Positions 46,347 through 56,279 are shown, numbered from the stretch's first letter. The stretch: DNA of 64,000 nt from an uncultured archaeon (GCA_964549075.1 CAZJUB010000005.1:3103-67102); one strand, 5' to 3'. Notes: generated from the letters alone by a model not told the origin. Numbers and translations are program-made.

Positions 46347-49300
46347 CTAATCGCACTTACTATATCCGCAACTTTTGCAAGTAAAACATCCTTCAGAGAG
46401 TTCTAACATCGCTCCACAATCAGGGCAAGCTATAGTTCCATTAAATCTAACAATTTCTTCTCCATCAATATAGTTTTCCAAGACATGAGCTATTCCATCT
46501 GCACAGGATAATACTGTTTTACCTTGATAGAAGTTAGGATTAGGACATCGAATCCCTGCTAAATGCTCAACTATTGCTTCAAGTTTAACCCCAGAGCGGA
46601 GTGAGAGAGAAATCAATCTACCTACTGCTTCACTTTGACTGGTGATACATCCACCACTTTTCCCTACCTGAACAAATACTTCACAAACTCCAGTTTCATC
46701 TCTATTAACTGTTACATAGAGATTTCCACATCCTGATCTAATTTTATGGGTTCTTCCGAGAGTTACTTCAGGTCTTTCTCTTGGTTCCACTTTTTCAACA
46801 GCTCGGACTGATTGTTGAGCTTCAGTTTTCTCCTTTTTCTTTGTTGTAAGCACCTGATATTTGCGCGAACCATCTCGATATACAGTAATCCCTTTACATC
46901 CTTTCTGAAAAGCTAATTGGTAAGCTTTGGCTATGTCTTCTCTTGTTGCAGAATTGGGAAAATTGATAGTTTTACTGGTAGCATTATCTATATACTTCTG
47001 GAATTCAGCCTGCATATCTATATGCCATTCTGGAGAGATATCATGAGAAGTGACAAATACTCTTTTTTGTTCTTCAGGTATCTCTTCTACTTCTTGTATA
47101 GAGTTTTGATTTGAGATTTTCTCAATCAGTTCTTCTGAGTATAAACCATTTTCTTTAAGATAATTTTCAAATATTGAATTGACATCAAAAAGTTTCTTTC
47201 CACCAAGAACATTACGAGTGAAAGCAATAGCGTAATATGGCTCAATTCCACTTGAACAACCAGCAATCAGTGATATAGTTCCTGTAGGAGCAATGGTGGT
47301 TACAGTTGCATTTCTCATTGCTTCATAGTTAGATTTGAAGACACTTTTATCGAAATTGGGAAAATTACCTTTTTCTACGCCTAACCTAACAGATTCATCT
47401 CGAGCTGTCTTTTGGATAAAGTCCATGATTTCTCCAGCAGTTTGAACACCTTCCTTACTATTGTAGGGAATGTTTAATTTAACAAGTAAGTCGGCAAAAC
47501 CCATTACGCCTAATCCAATTTTTCGATTAGATTTGGTCATTTGCTCGATTTCAGGAAGGATGTAATCATTCTTGTCAATAACATTATCAAGAAAACGGAC
47601 ACCTTTTCTAACAGAATCTTCAAGCAATTTCCAATTAATTTTACCTTCAGAAATGTGGTTAGAAAGGTTAATGGAACCTAAATTGCAGGATTCAAAAGAA
47701 AGCAACGGAGTCTCACCACAATTGTGAGTATGAAAACCATTCGCAGAAAATGCATTTTTTAAAGGTATTTGGATATCATAAACTCTTTCCTTATTTACAA
47801 ACACTATTTCTTTAATTCTATGTGCAAATCTTTCACGATAAAATGGACGTTTATAATTTGATAATTTTTCTTCAAGTAGTGTTTGTTTGTCAGTGTCGCT
47901 GAATCCTACAATCTCTGCAAATATCTGCATATTATCTTTTGATATGATTAATTCATGTTGAGGTTTGATATGGTATTTTTTCATGCCTCCTTTTCCGTCA
48001 GGAAGTAGCTTCATTTGGGTTTTTCTTCTGTTTTTATAAATCCTTGATACAATTCCTAATCTATGAAGCATTCTTTGTACAGTCTCAAGAGTTCTAACAT
48101 TTGATTGAGATAATCTTATAGATATTCCTTTATTTTGAAATCCTTGTACTGAACCATCTGCATCAAATAATCCTCTGATAAAGCCTATATGAAAATCATA
48201 ACTTGTAGCTTCAAGTAATGGATTTATCTCTTTGAATCCTTGATACATACCATAATTGTTAGCTAAAGTGGTTATTTCAGCCAGTTTTAATCGATATTCA
48301 TCTCTTATTAATTGTTTTCTAAATCCTGAAAAATCAGAACGATGAGGTAAATTATAAGCGTAATCTTCAACAAAAGAACGCATACTAATAGAACCTTCAG
48401 ATTCTCCCCAAACTGATAGTACTGCTTGATCTTCTGCAAATGTTCCATCTCCTAGTAGTAAACCTAAAACATATCCTTCTTCGAGTAATCCTTCACCTCC
48501 TATCCAACGAGTTCCACGATTATTGCTTAATATTATTCTATCGTCTTTTTCAAGCTCTTCTAATGTTTTCCATTCTGTTTCTATCTCTTGTCTTGAGATT
48601 CGTTTAGCAACTTTAAACAGATGGTCTTTGGTTGCTTTTATTGAATACCCACTTTGTGTTTTGATTTCAAAAACATCTTTTTCTCCTGTAAAGAAGAATC
48701 CTCTTATATCAGACTTTGTAAATTCACCATCTAATAGTAATTCTGTCTGCTTCCCTATTAAATCGAATATCATTTTAGGACCATCTAGAGTAGTTACCCA
48801 AGTATCTCCTGTCAAACAAGGATTAGTTGACTCTATTTCTCCTACTTCTGGAGTAGGATTATCTTTGTTTATCCTATCTATAAAGATAATACCAGGTTCC
48901 CCATTCTTCCAAGCCATTTCTACAATTTTATTGAAAACTTCTTTGGCATTTAATTTTGCTACAGGTTTATTCGTTCGAGGATTTATTAGATCATATTCTT
49001 CATTTTTGTTAACTGCTTTCATGAATTGCTCAGTAACTGCAACAGAGATGTTAAAATTAGTGAGCTTAGTTTGATCTTCTTTATAAGTGATAAACTCCAT
49101 GATATCCGGATGGTCAACACGGAGAACACCCATATTAGCTCCACGCCTTTTATTATGGACAAGTATACCATTTGCCACAAATTTGTTGGAACCTGATACT
49201 TCGATATCCATTGTATAAGTTTTATCTTTTTCAATAGCTAGAACTTGAGAGTAATAATACTGTGGATTGATAATTTCTTGAAAATGCTGATCTTCCTTAA

Positions 49301-52300
49301 GAACTGGAAAAAGCTCAATGAGTTTTAGTAATCGTTTTCTTGTTAAGTTTCTTTTTCCTTTTGGATTTTCAGTGATGTAATGCTGAATAGCTCGGTAGAA
49401 AACCCTATCAGCACCTCTTTTTGTTCGTCCTTTACTAGTACCAGCACCGACATAATGATAAAGGCTCTTCATTCGAGAGCTTTGATTTGGGATATAATCG
49501 ACATATTCGAAAGCTTTTGAAGGAAAACGATTAAGAAGAATCGTACTCTTTCTAGTTGAGCTGAAACCTATTTCATCTCTGAAAATACTTAAACTTCTTT
49601 CAGGAATGATTGAGAGGTTATAGATTGGTTTTTTGCCAAAACTATTATCTCTATTTGTATTTAGTGTAATAGAAGATACAATCCCTAAACCTAAGAGTAA
49701 TTGCTGAAGTTGATAAATTAATTTCTTTGAAATTGAGTAATATCTAGGATATCCATCCAAGTGTACATCACCATCACCAGAAAATAATCCTCTTACGAAA
49801 CTTTTAGCTACTAAAGGAGAGGATTTGAATATTATCTCCGGTATAAACGCATCAGCAGATGAGGTCTTTTTCCACCCCATCTTATCAAAATATTCACATA
49901 GATCCCTTGAATAGAAAAACAGATCAGAATATGTTTCTTTATCATCAATAATACCTACTTCTAAACCAAAAGCGTTTATCATCAAATCTTGAATTCTCTG
50001 TATCAGATCTGAATCTTTGTTATTTATACTAAAAACTAATCTCCCATGAGTGCTTATACAACCATCAGCCATATATAAACCGAGAATTTCTCCAATTTCT
50101 GGAGTGATTTTTTCAGGAATAGTAATTTGGTTAGAATTAAAGTGTTGTTCCTTTAAAATTGGTAGATATTGATCAGTACCTTCATGACCACCGAGAGATA
50201 CAACGAGCCAATCAGCCACTTTTAATTTCTCAACTTTTTTCCATTCAATATATCCATTTTCGCCTACTGTAGCAATTTGATGATTATATGTAGGTCTAAT
50301 TACAATTCCTAAGTCAGTTGTGATTTTAATAACATCAGAAATCCCATTATCCATAGATAAATATGCATGATTAAAGTTATCTCCATCATAAACTAAAGAT
50401 TGAGTAGGATTATCTTTCAAAGGAGGACAATTAAGTAAATCACCAATGGGAAAGGATCCCATATCTGTTCGGATAAGACTATCAGCTGCAATACATCCAC
50501 CTTGTTTCACAGTATCAGTAGCTGCATTAAAAACTTCCATGAAAGAAAGGGGACCTGAATTTGAAACATAAAAACCACCTGCAGAAAGCATATTGACTTC
50601 TTCAACTTCTAGATTGTACACTTTTTCTTTTCCTATCCTGGTAATTTCTTGTATTTGAACAGGATATAGATTATCAAGCATTCTAATATATTCAAATTCA
50701 TCACCAATTATATTGAAAGTTTCACTTTCTTCAATTAACCTTCTAAGAGCTCTTCTAGTTGTAACCTTGCTGTTATAAGGAATAATAGTTTTGGAAATCT
50801 TTGCTCTTTTCTTCGGATCACTAATTTTTTTAAGTACGTTAAATGGATATGAAAACAGCCTATTCTTAGCTCCTTTTCTTAGAACATAATTTGCTAGTTT
50901 CACTGAATAAGGAGAAATAAACTTGAAAAATCTTTCTTTAAAAATTGCAGTTGGTATAGAGATTCTATAACTAGGTTTTCTACCAACACCTCTGGTATCT
51001 ATGGTTTTATCAAGATAGAAAGTAGATAATACTCCAATTCTAGTTATTAGATTAGAAAAATCTTGAGCCATTTGCTCAGAGATTGTTTTAACACTAATTC
51101 TACCTTTCTTACCTATATGTCCATCACCATCAAAATAACCTGCAATAAACGAGCATACAACATTAAGCGGGCTTCTAAATATCTTATCTGGTATACTTAT
51201 AAATTCACAATTCTCTTTGAGAAGTTTATTCTCATCTAAAAGTTGTACATATTTCTTACCATGGATTCTAAGTTCAACTTTGTTAATTTTTTCTCTTCTA
51301 TACTCTCTTATTTCGTAATCAAATTTACTACTTGTGATTTGTTTAATTTTCTCAATAACTTTTTTTTGTTTTATATTCAAAGAGATATTTATAAAATAAT
51401 GACGACCATTATTAGTGATATTTCCATCTGCATATGTTAAACCTAGAAAATATGCTAAATCTTCATCTAAATCCACAGAATATTCATTTGCGTCTTCTAA
51501 TTGCGTTGCCAAAGTGATAACACTAGGACTGTTTTCATTTGGTTCTTTTGCTAATAAGAAAACATAATCAGAGACATTGAGATCAGCTAATGGTCTTAAG
51601 ACAAGATTATCGTTCTCAATTGTGAGAAACTTGTGATTCAAAGTCGTTTTTAGCTTGTAACCATTGGACACACAGGTTTCATAAACATCAGCATAACCAT
51701 TGTCAAATTTGTTTATTATATTACAATAATCCTTATGAGTTTGAGCTTTAATTTCTAAATCAGAATTTATTATATCTTCAAGCCGTAGAAGACCTTTATT
51801 AGTGTGAATGCGAACAGAAGCAGGAAAACAAGCTATTCCTCCTGTTGTTTTTACAACATCGTTCTTAGGTCTTAACTTGGAGAAAGCAAAACCTGTATTA
51901 TGAATTGAAACAAATTGAGTATTTCCACCTAGATAATTATTATATCGAGGAACTGTAAAATCATAAAATTGTATTTTTTCTTTAATCTTCTTAATGGATT
52001 TCACTTTTATCTTCCGATTAGAGAGTAACTTTGTTTTTCTGGGATTCTTTTTCGTAAACAAAAGTTGAGTATAACCTGTTGGGAACTCTATACTCCACCA
52101 AGATCCTTGGATTTTTCTATCTCTTTTATCCACTCTGAATCTTACTTTGCAGTTAATTCCAAGAAGAGACAAATGACGAACAATAAAATCTTTCATTTCC
52201 TTAGATCCAGTTGCAATACCAGATTGATCTCTTCCTATCCAACCATCGGAATCTATTAATCCAGAAATCAAAGCTTTTGGATTTGGACACAAGAAAGTCT

Positions 52301-54614
52301 CTCTAGGAACCATTTTTTTATTTATATTATTCTGATTCAGTTCAACAAACCTTTTTATGAAATCTGCTAATTTTGTGTTGAAGTTTCCACTAAAATCACT
52401 ATAACTCTCTCTCTGATTGTACCTTGAAGTGATAGAGAGTGTTCTACATTCTGTTCTCTTATCAGTGCTAATGCTTCCAGAAATTCCATCAGTATATGAA
52501 GATATTATTGTAGAAATCCGATTCAAATATTTTGAGTCCTTAGAATGAAATCTTAATCTTACACCATTCTTTGTAGTATCTAGACTTCCATCACCAAGAA
52601 AGAATCCATAAAGCCACCAGAAATCTGGTTCTTCATTGACAAATAAGTTATCATGAAATGAAGGTGTAACTAGCCAATCACCAATTTCTAATTCATCAGC
52701 TCTTTTTGAGACATATTCTCCTCCGCTTTGTTGATTAGGATATGGTTCGTAAACAATAAAAGGGTGCCAATCAGTAACTCTAACGAATCCTTCTGTTCCA
52801 AAATTTATTTGCAGAAAAGAATCCCTTTCGAATCGCCATAGATGCGAGACTTTAGCTCTTGTAAATGACTCAGTAGTTTCATCAAAGGAAAACACTGTAA
52901 ATTGACTACAAGAGTGACCTTTCTCATCAATTGGAATATCAGAAAATCCAGGAATATTCTCAATAGGAACAAGACCATATTCAACGGTTGGGATAACAGT
53001 TCCTGCGCTACAACAACCTCCACCAGCTTGGTGAATTAATGCTGAAAGTTTTACTGCTTCAAATATTGAGGACATATCATCTTCTATTGGAAGCACAAAA
53101 CAAGCTGAGAGCATCCCTAGAGCTGTTCCTGCATTCATTAATGTTGGAGAATTATGACTTACAAAACCATCAGCGAGATAGGTATGGTTTTTTGGAACCA
53201 TCAGATCTCCAACAACAACTTTTTCTTTCTTTTTTGTAATTGTTTTTACTTGTTGAAACACTAAATTTGAATCAACGAGTTCAGTTACAGGAGATGTTTT
53301 TAAACTAGGGAATTGTTTGGTGTAAAAGTTAAAAATCTCTTCTGAGATATCTTGTTTATATTTCCCTTTGATCATAAATCGCGCTATTTTTCTATACAAG
53401 TTATAATCTTTATTTTGGTGATACCAATCATATAATTTCTTTTGTTGGTTCGGGATTTTGTGAGTTCTATCATTCTTTGATTTTTTTATAAGCTGAAGTC
53501 TAGAATTTTTACGTTTACTTAAAAAACCAATCTCATTTTTATAAATTAGTCCATCCCTATTATTTTTAATAGTGAGTCTAAATCCATCTACTCGCTTAGA
53601 AACACGTGAGCTTATACCTAAACCAAGTAAAAGAATTTGAGTTTGTTTTATTAGTTTTTGTGAAGATGAAGCAAATTCTATTCCTCTATCACTGATTGAA
53701 CCATCAGCTTCAAAAAGACCTCTTAAAAAAGATTTTATAACATTCTTATTAGATTTTAAAATTAATTTAGGAATTTCAGCTTTTGAAGATGATACTTTAA
53801 TTAGATTGTTATTATGTAAGTAATTTGAAAGAACCACACTATTTAGTGAGACTTCATAAATGTTTGCTCGGGCCGGTTTTTGAATAGAAGGCTTTAGGTT
53901 GAAAAGTTTCATTGATAAATTACGAATCCTTTCTAGTAAATCTTTGTCTTTTCCATAAATTGCAATTCTTAGATCATATTTTCTTAAATTACCATCTCCG
54001 ATGTACCATCCAATTAATTCTGCAAGATCTTCATTTAAATATTCAGGGAGGATTATAGATTTTGGAGGAGTGCCAACAGACTCTATTTTCTTATCTGTTT
54101 TTAAACTTATTAATTCACAATGGTCTTTAATAAAATCTCTTCGCAAAGAAATCCAATCATTCTCTTTCAGATCTTTGGTTTGTTTCCAAACATAGTCTCC
54201 ATTTTCATCAATAATTCGAAAATAATGAAGTGGAGTACATTGGACAGAATAACCATCTTCTGTTACAATCTCTACAATATTTTGAAAACCATTATTAAAA
54301 CACAATTCAGCTTTTTCTATATCATTGTCAGAATATACATTCAAATCAATGTTACCAACTGGAATTTCATCCAAAGTAAGTATTCCTTGTGTTGTTGGAA
54401 TCATTGTGTCTTCTGTTACACAATTTGGTAAAAATCTCAATGAAGTCATCATTTCAAGAAATTCCTTTCTTTCTTCTTCTGTGTCTCCAATATAATTCGC
54501 TACCCTCCCAAACATTTCTTCTATTGTTTCAATTGGTTTGTTATGTTCATCTTTTTGCAGATATCTTTTTTCTAGTACTGTTTTTGCATTTTCTGAGAGT
54601 TTTAATTCTGTCAC
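46347..54614 (-). CDS. nrdJ: Class II (adenosylcobalamin-type, NrdJ) ribonucleoside reductase interrupted by five inteins
   Basis: After excising the five inserts the extein (720 aa) reads FLPN-SPTLMNAG, CFVLPIEDDM, IHQAGGG-TGFAFSKLRP, TTGGIA-SGPLSFM, KQGG-KRRGANMG, ESTNP-CGETPLLSFESCNLGS. C-terminal zinc ribbon CPDCG...CKSCG. GTG start preceded by AAGGGG. Confidence 0.9.
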   Translation of the reverse strand: MTELKLSENAKTVLEKRYLQKDEHNKPIETIEEMFGRVANYIGDTEEERKEFLEMMTSLRFLPNCVTEDTMIPTTQGILTLDEIPVGNIDLNVYSDNDIEKAELCFNNGFQNIVEIVTEDGYSVQCTPLHYFRIIDENGDYVWKQTKDLKENDWISLRRDFIKDHCELISLKTDKKIESVGTPPKSIILPEYLNEDLAELIGWYIGDGNLRKYDLRIAIYGKDKDLLERIRNLSMKLFNLKPSIQKPARANIYEVSLNSVVLSNYLHNNNLIKVSSSKAEIPKLILKSNKNVIKSFLRGLFEADGSISDRGIEFASSSQKLIKQTQILLLGLGISSRVSKRVDGFRLTIKNNRDGLIYKNEIGFLSKRKNSRLQLIKKSKNDRTHKIPNQQKKLYDWYHQNKDYNLYRKIARFMIKGKYKQDISEEIFNFYTKQFPSLKTSPVTELVDSNLVFQQVKTITKKKEKVVVGDLMVPKNHTYLADGFVSHNSPTLMNAGTALGMLSACFVLPIEDDMSSIFEAVKLSALIHQAGGGCCSAGTVIPTVEYGLVPIENIPGFSDIPIDEKGHSCSQFTVFSFDETTESFTRAKVSHLWRFERDSFLQINFGTEGFVRVTDWHPFIVYEPYPNQQSGGEYVSKRADELEIGDWLVTPSFHDNLFVNEEPDFWWLYGFFLGDGSLDTTKNGVRLRFHSKDSKYLNRISTIISSYTDGISGSISTDKRTECRTLSITSRYNQRESYSDFSGNFNTKLADFIKRFVELNQNNINKKMVPRETFLCPNPKALISGLIDSDGWIGRDQSGIATGSKEMKDFIVRHLSLLGINCKVRFRVDKRDRKIQGSWWSIEFPTGYTQLLFTKKNPRKTKLLSNRKIKVKSIKKIKEKIQFYDFTVPRYNNYLGGNTQFVSIHNTGFAFSKLRPKNDVVKTTGGIACFPASVRIHTNKGLLRLEDIINSDLEIKAQTHKDYCNIINKFDNGYADVYETCVSNGYKLKTTLNHKFLTIENDNLVLRPLADLNVSDYVFLLAKEPNENSPSVITLATQLEDANEYSVDLDEDLAYFLGLTYADGNITNNGRHYFINISLNIKQKKVIEKIKQITSSKFDYEIREYRREKINKVELRIHGKKYVQLLDENKLLKENCEFISIPDKIFRSPLNVVCSFIAGYFDGDGHIGKKGRISVKTISEQMAQDFSNLITRIGVLSTFYLDKTIDTRGVGRKPSYRISIPTAIFKERFFKFISPYSVKLANYVLRKGAKNRLFSYPFNVLKKISDPKKRAKISKTIIPYNSKVTTRRALRRLIEESETFNIIGDEFEYIRMLDNLYPVQIQEITRIGKEKVYNLEVEEVNMLSAGGFYVSNSGPLSFMEVFNAATDTVKQGGCIAADSLIRTDMGSFPIGDLLNCPPLKDNPTQSLVYDGDNFNHAYLSMDNGISDVIKITTDLGIVIRPTYNHQIATVGENGYIEWKKVEKLKVADWLVVSLGGHEGTDQYLPILKEQHFNSNQITIPEKITPEIGEILGLYMADGCISTHGRLVFSINNKDSDLIQRIQDLMINAFGLEVGIIDDKETYSDLFFYSRDLCEYFDKMGWKKTSSADAFIPEIIFKSSPLVAKSFVRGLFSGDGDVHLDGYPRYYSISKKLIYQLQQLLLGLGIVSSITLNTNRDNSFGKKPIYNLSIIPERSLSIFRDEIGFSSTRKSTILLNRFPSKAFEYVDYIPNQSSRMKSLYHYVGAGTSKGRTKRGADRVFYRAIQHYITENPKGKRNLTRKRLLKLIELFPVLKEDQHFQEIINPQYYYSQVLAIEKDKTYTMDIEVSGSNKFVANGILVHNKRRGANMGVLRVDHPDIMEFITYKEDQTKLTNFNISVAVTEQFMKAVNKNEEYDLINPRTNKPVAKLNAKEVFNKIVEMAWKNGEPGIIFIDRINKDNPTPEVGEIESTNPCLTGDTWVTTLDGPKMIFDLIGKQTELLLDGEFTKSDIRGFFFTGEKDVFEIKTQSGYSIKATKDHLFKVAKRISRQEIETEWKTLEELEKDDRIILSNNRGTRWIGGEGLLEEGYVLGLLLGDGTFAEDQAVLSVWGESEGSISMRSFVEDYAYNLPHRSDFSGFRKQLIRDEYRLKLAEITTLANNYGMYQGFKEINPLLEATSYDFHIGFIRGLFDADGSVQGFQNKGISIRLSQSNVRTLETVQRMLHRLGIVSRIYKNRRKTQMKLLPDGKGGMKKYHIKPQHELIISKDNMQIFAEIVGFSDTDKQTLLEEKLSNYKRPFYRERFAHRIKEIVFVNKERVYDIQIPLKNAFSANGFHTHNCGETPLLSFESCNLGSINLSNHISEGKINWKLLEDSVRKGVRFLDNVIDKNDYILPEIEQMTKSNRKIGLGVMGFADLLVKLNIPYNSKEGVQTAGEIMDFIQKTARDESVRLGVEKGNFPNFDKSVFKSNYEAMRNATVTTIAPTGTISLIAGCSSGIEPYYAIAFTRNVLGGKKLFDVNSIFENYLKENGLYSEELIEKISNQNSIQEVEEIPEEQKRVFVTSHDISPEWHIDMQAEFQKYIDNATSKTINFPNSATREDIAKAYQLAFQKGCKGITVYRDGSRKYQVLTTKKKEKTEAQQSVRAVEKVEPRERPEVTLGRTHKIRSGCGNLYVTVNRDETGVCEVFVQVGKSGGCITSQSEAVGRLISLSLRSGVKLEAIVEHLAGIRCPNPNFYQGKTVLSCADGIAHVLENYIDGEEIVRFNGTIACPDCGAMLELSEGCFTCKSCGYSKCD
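47721..48818 (-). mobile_element. Intein 5 (aa 1933-2298, 366 aa) with LAGLIDADG endonuclease, inserted in NP|CGE
   Basis: Starts CLTGDTWVTT, block B ATKDHLF, ends SANGFHTHN, +1 Cys (the catalytic Cys of NPCGE). Motifs VLGLLLGDGT and FIRGLFDADGS. Confidence 0.85.
49152..50495 (-). mobile_element. Intein 4 (aa 1374-1821, 448 aa) with LAGLIDADG endonuclease, inserted in QGG|KRRGA; non-canonical +1 Lys
   Basis: Starts CIAADSLIRT, block B PTYNHQI, ends KFVANGILVHN. The next codon is AAA (Lys, 49149-49151). Motifs ILGLYMADGC and FVRGLFSGDGD. Confidence 0.8.
50559..51830 (-). mobile_element. Intein 3 (aa 929-1352, 424 aa) with LAGLIDADG endonuclease, inserted in GGIA|SGP
   Basis: Starts CFPASVRIHT, block B TTLNHKF, ends AGGFYVSN (penultimate Ser, not His), +1 Ser. 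Motifs FLGLTYADGN and FIAGYFDGDGH. Confidence 0.8.
51897..53015 (-). mobile_element. Intein 2 (aa 534-906, 373 aa) with LAGLIDADG endonuclease, inserted in GGG|TGF
   Basis: Starts CCSAGTVIPT, block B VTDWHPF, ends TQFVSIHN, +1 Thr. Motifs LYGFFLGDGS and LISGLIDSDGW. Confidence 0.85.
53151..54422 (-). mobile_element. Intein 1 (aa 65-488, 424 aa) with LAGLIDADG endonuclease, inserted in the PN|SPTL motif
   Basis: Starts CVTEDTMIPT, block B TPLHYF, ends ADGFVSHN, +1 Ser. LAGLIDADG motifs LIGWYIGDGN and FLRGLFEADGS. Confidence 0.85.
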
Positions 54615-54943
54615 TTTAACCCCTTAATTTATTATCTGTAAATTGATTATTAAACCCCTAAGAGTTTCCTCAATCTTACTCTGTCTAATTTTCTTAGAAC
54701 TAGACTACAATTCTTTATTATGTGAAAAACTAAATAATATTTAAGCCTTTACAACACAACCGGCATGGTATAAAAAGTGATTTAAGTCGTTCCTGTTTCC
54801 GACAAAATTCTGTTGAAAAAAGTAGATTGATTTTAAATCTATTAAAAGCAAGTAAAGGTAAAACGGTTGCCTTACAAAAAAAATTGGCAAAAGAAAAATT
54901 ACCATAAACTTTAATTTGAAGAAATTCATAGTAATGCCATACA

Positions 54944-55801
54944 ATGAAAATAAGAATGAATCGGAGAGCTATTTCTCCAATAGTTGCGGTAGTGTTAATG
55001 TTTGCTCTTATTACTGCTGCTATAGGAATTTCGCTCGTATATATGTTCCCTAATATTGCTAAATTTAAGGATAAAAGCTATAACAATAGCAATAATCTTT
55101 ACTTTACTTCTCTCGATTCAACAGTACAAGATTTAATTAAAGATTCAGCACCAAGTAGTAGTCAATTTTTATTTGTTCAAGAGGAAGGTACTTTCCAAAT
55201 TGACACCAGGTGGAATTTTATATTTCTTCTAAAAGATATCACGGGAGCTCAAACGAGTCTTTTATTACAAGATAATGTTTCAAGAATAACTCATAAAAGC
55301 ACATCCATTGCAGATTATGAGATAGGAGAACACAGATATATTGTTGGGCCACAAGACCAAAATTATCTGTTCTTGAACGGGAGCGAAAGATTATACAACG
55401 ATATTGCAATAGTAAATACCTCACGAGCGGTCTATGAATCTGGTTATCTAGAACTAGCTCTTTATTATAGATATTCTTTGATTACTGAATACGTTACAGC
55501 AGCTTCAGAAGAGATTTACTACTTAGACATAATTCATGTTACTTTTGTGCTAGAAGAATCCTCTCTAGTTAGTAATTCCCAGAAGTACATCAATTTGGAG
55601 TTGACATATTTGGGAACAGAAAAACAACATCTTGGAACTTTTTCATACTTGCATGATTTACAAGGAGAAGTAACTCTCTTGAATCAGTATAATTTCCGTC
55701 TTTATGAATATCCGATTTATTTTCCGGTAAATCCCAATTATATAGCACACGGAATTGAAGCCAATTTAATAAATATAATAGTAGGAGTATCACTTAGTTG
55801 A
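54944..55801 (+). CDS. Archaeal type IV pilin-like protein (Pilin_N / former DUF1628 N-terminus)
   Basis: MKIRMNRRAISPIVAVVLMFALITAAIGISLVYMF: basic residues, then the (A/G)(I/V)SP(I/V)(I/V) motif and a hydrophobic helix typical of class III signal peptides. Confidence 0.65.
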   Translation: MKIRMNRRAISPIVAVVLMFALITAAIGISLVYMFPNIAKFKDKSYNNSNNLYFTSLDSTVQDLIKDSAPSSSQFLFVQEEGTFQIDTRWNFIFLLKDITGAQTSLLLQDNVSRITHKSTSIADYEIGEHRYIVGPQDQNYLFLNGSERLYNDIAIVNTSRAVYESGYLELALYYRYSLITEYVTAASEEIYYLDIIHVTFVLEESSLVSNSQKYINLELTYLGTEKQHLGTFSYLHDLQGEVTLLNQYNFRLYEYPIYFPVNPNYIAHGIEANLINIIVGVSLS

Positions 55802-55811
55802 GGAATGAAAA

Positions 55812-56279
55812 ATGCCTAGCGAATACATAATGTATCTATCTATTCTTTTAGTAGGCTCGCTTGCAATCGCGGGAATATCAGTAACAATGATGTCTATAGA
55901 TAATTCGATGGAGAACCGATCAATAGAAACGAATCTCGAAAGTATACTGCAAAGCATGGCGGAATTAATTCATGATCTTAAAAACCAAGGAGAAGAAATG
56001 ATAATTGGAGGAGCAACGGAGTTTAATATTAGATTCGAATTAGGAGAACTTCCTCAAACAATACAACAATCAGAATATCAAATAGAAGTCTTATCTTCAG
56101 AAGTAACTTATTCACTCAAAGGTTTTTCAATAGATGATGAAAGTGTAGATGCAATTATTTCGCTCTTTATTGCCCCAGCTGAAATTACAATCTCTGGTAC
56201 AATTTTAAGTGCAAACCTTGCACCAAGTATTACATATATTTACGATGGAATAACTAGTAGCATAATTCTAAATTCCTAA
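55812..56279 (+). CDS. N-terminally anchored small protein (pilin-like or ArlF/ArlG-like; uncertain)
   Basis: 155 aa. Single N-terminal hydrophobic helix (YIMYLSILLVGSLAIAGISVTMM), then a predicted beta-rich domain. 10 nt after the pilin gene, GAGG SD. Confidence 0.35.
   Translation: MPSEYIMYLSILLVGSLAIAGISVTMMSIDNSMENRSIETNLESILQSMAELIHDLKNQGEEMIIGGATEFNIRFELGELPQTIQQSEYQIEVLSSEVTYSLKGFSIDDESVDAIISLFIAPAEITISGTILSANLAPSITYIYDGITSSIILNS

Noticed and set aside
48523-49074. 183-aa plus-strand ORF inside the RNR gene. Similar ORFs lie at 46917..47114, 51243..51440, 52065..52259, 53039..53239 and 54001..54619.
   Set aside because: All are antisense to a CDS with strong RNR and intein motifs. 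Their products are low-complexity S/F/L/I-rich, as expected for shadow ORFs in AT-rich DNA.
54615-54943. 329-nt divergent spacer upstream of nrdJ, inspected for a cobalamin riboswitch, tRNA or other structured RNA.
   Set aside because: It is very AT-rich with no GC-rich helices or recognisable B12-box. The only notable elements are an AAGGGG SD before the GTG start and a chance second AACCCCT copy.
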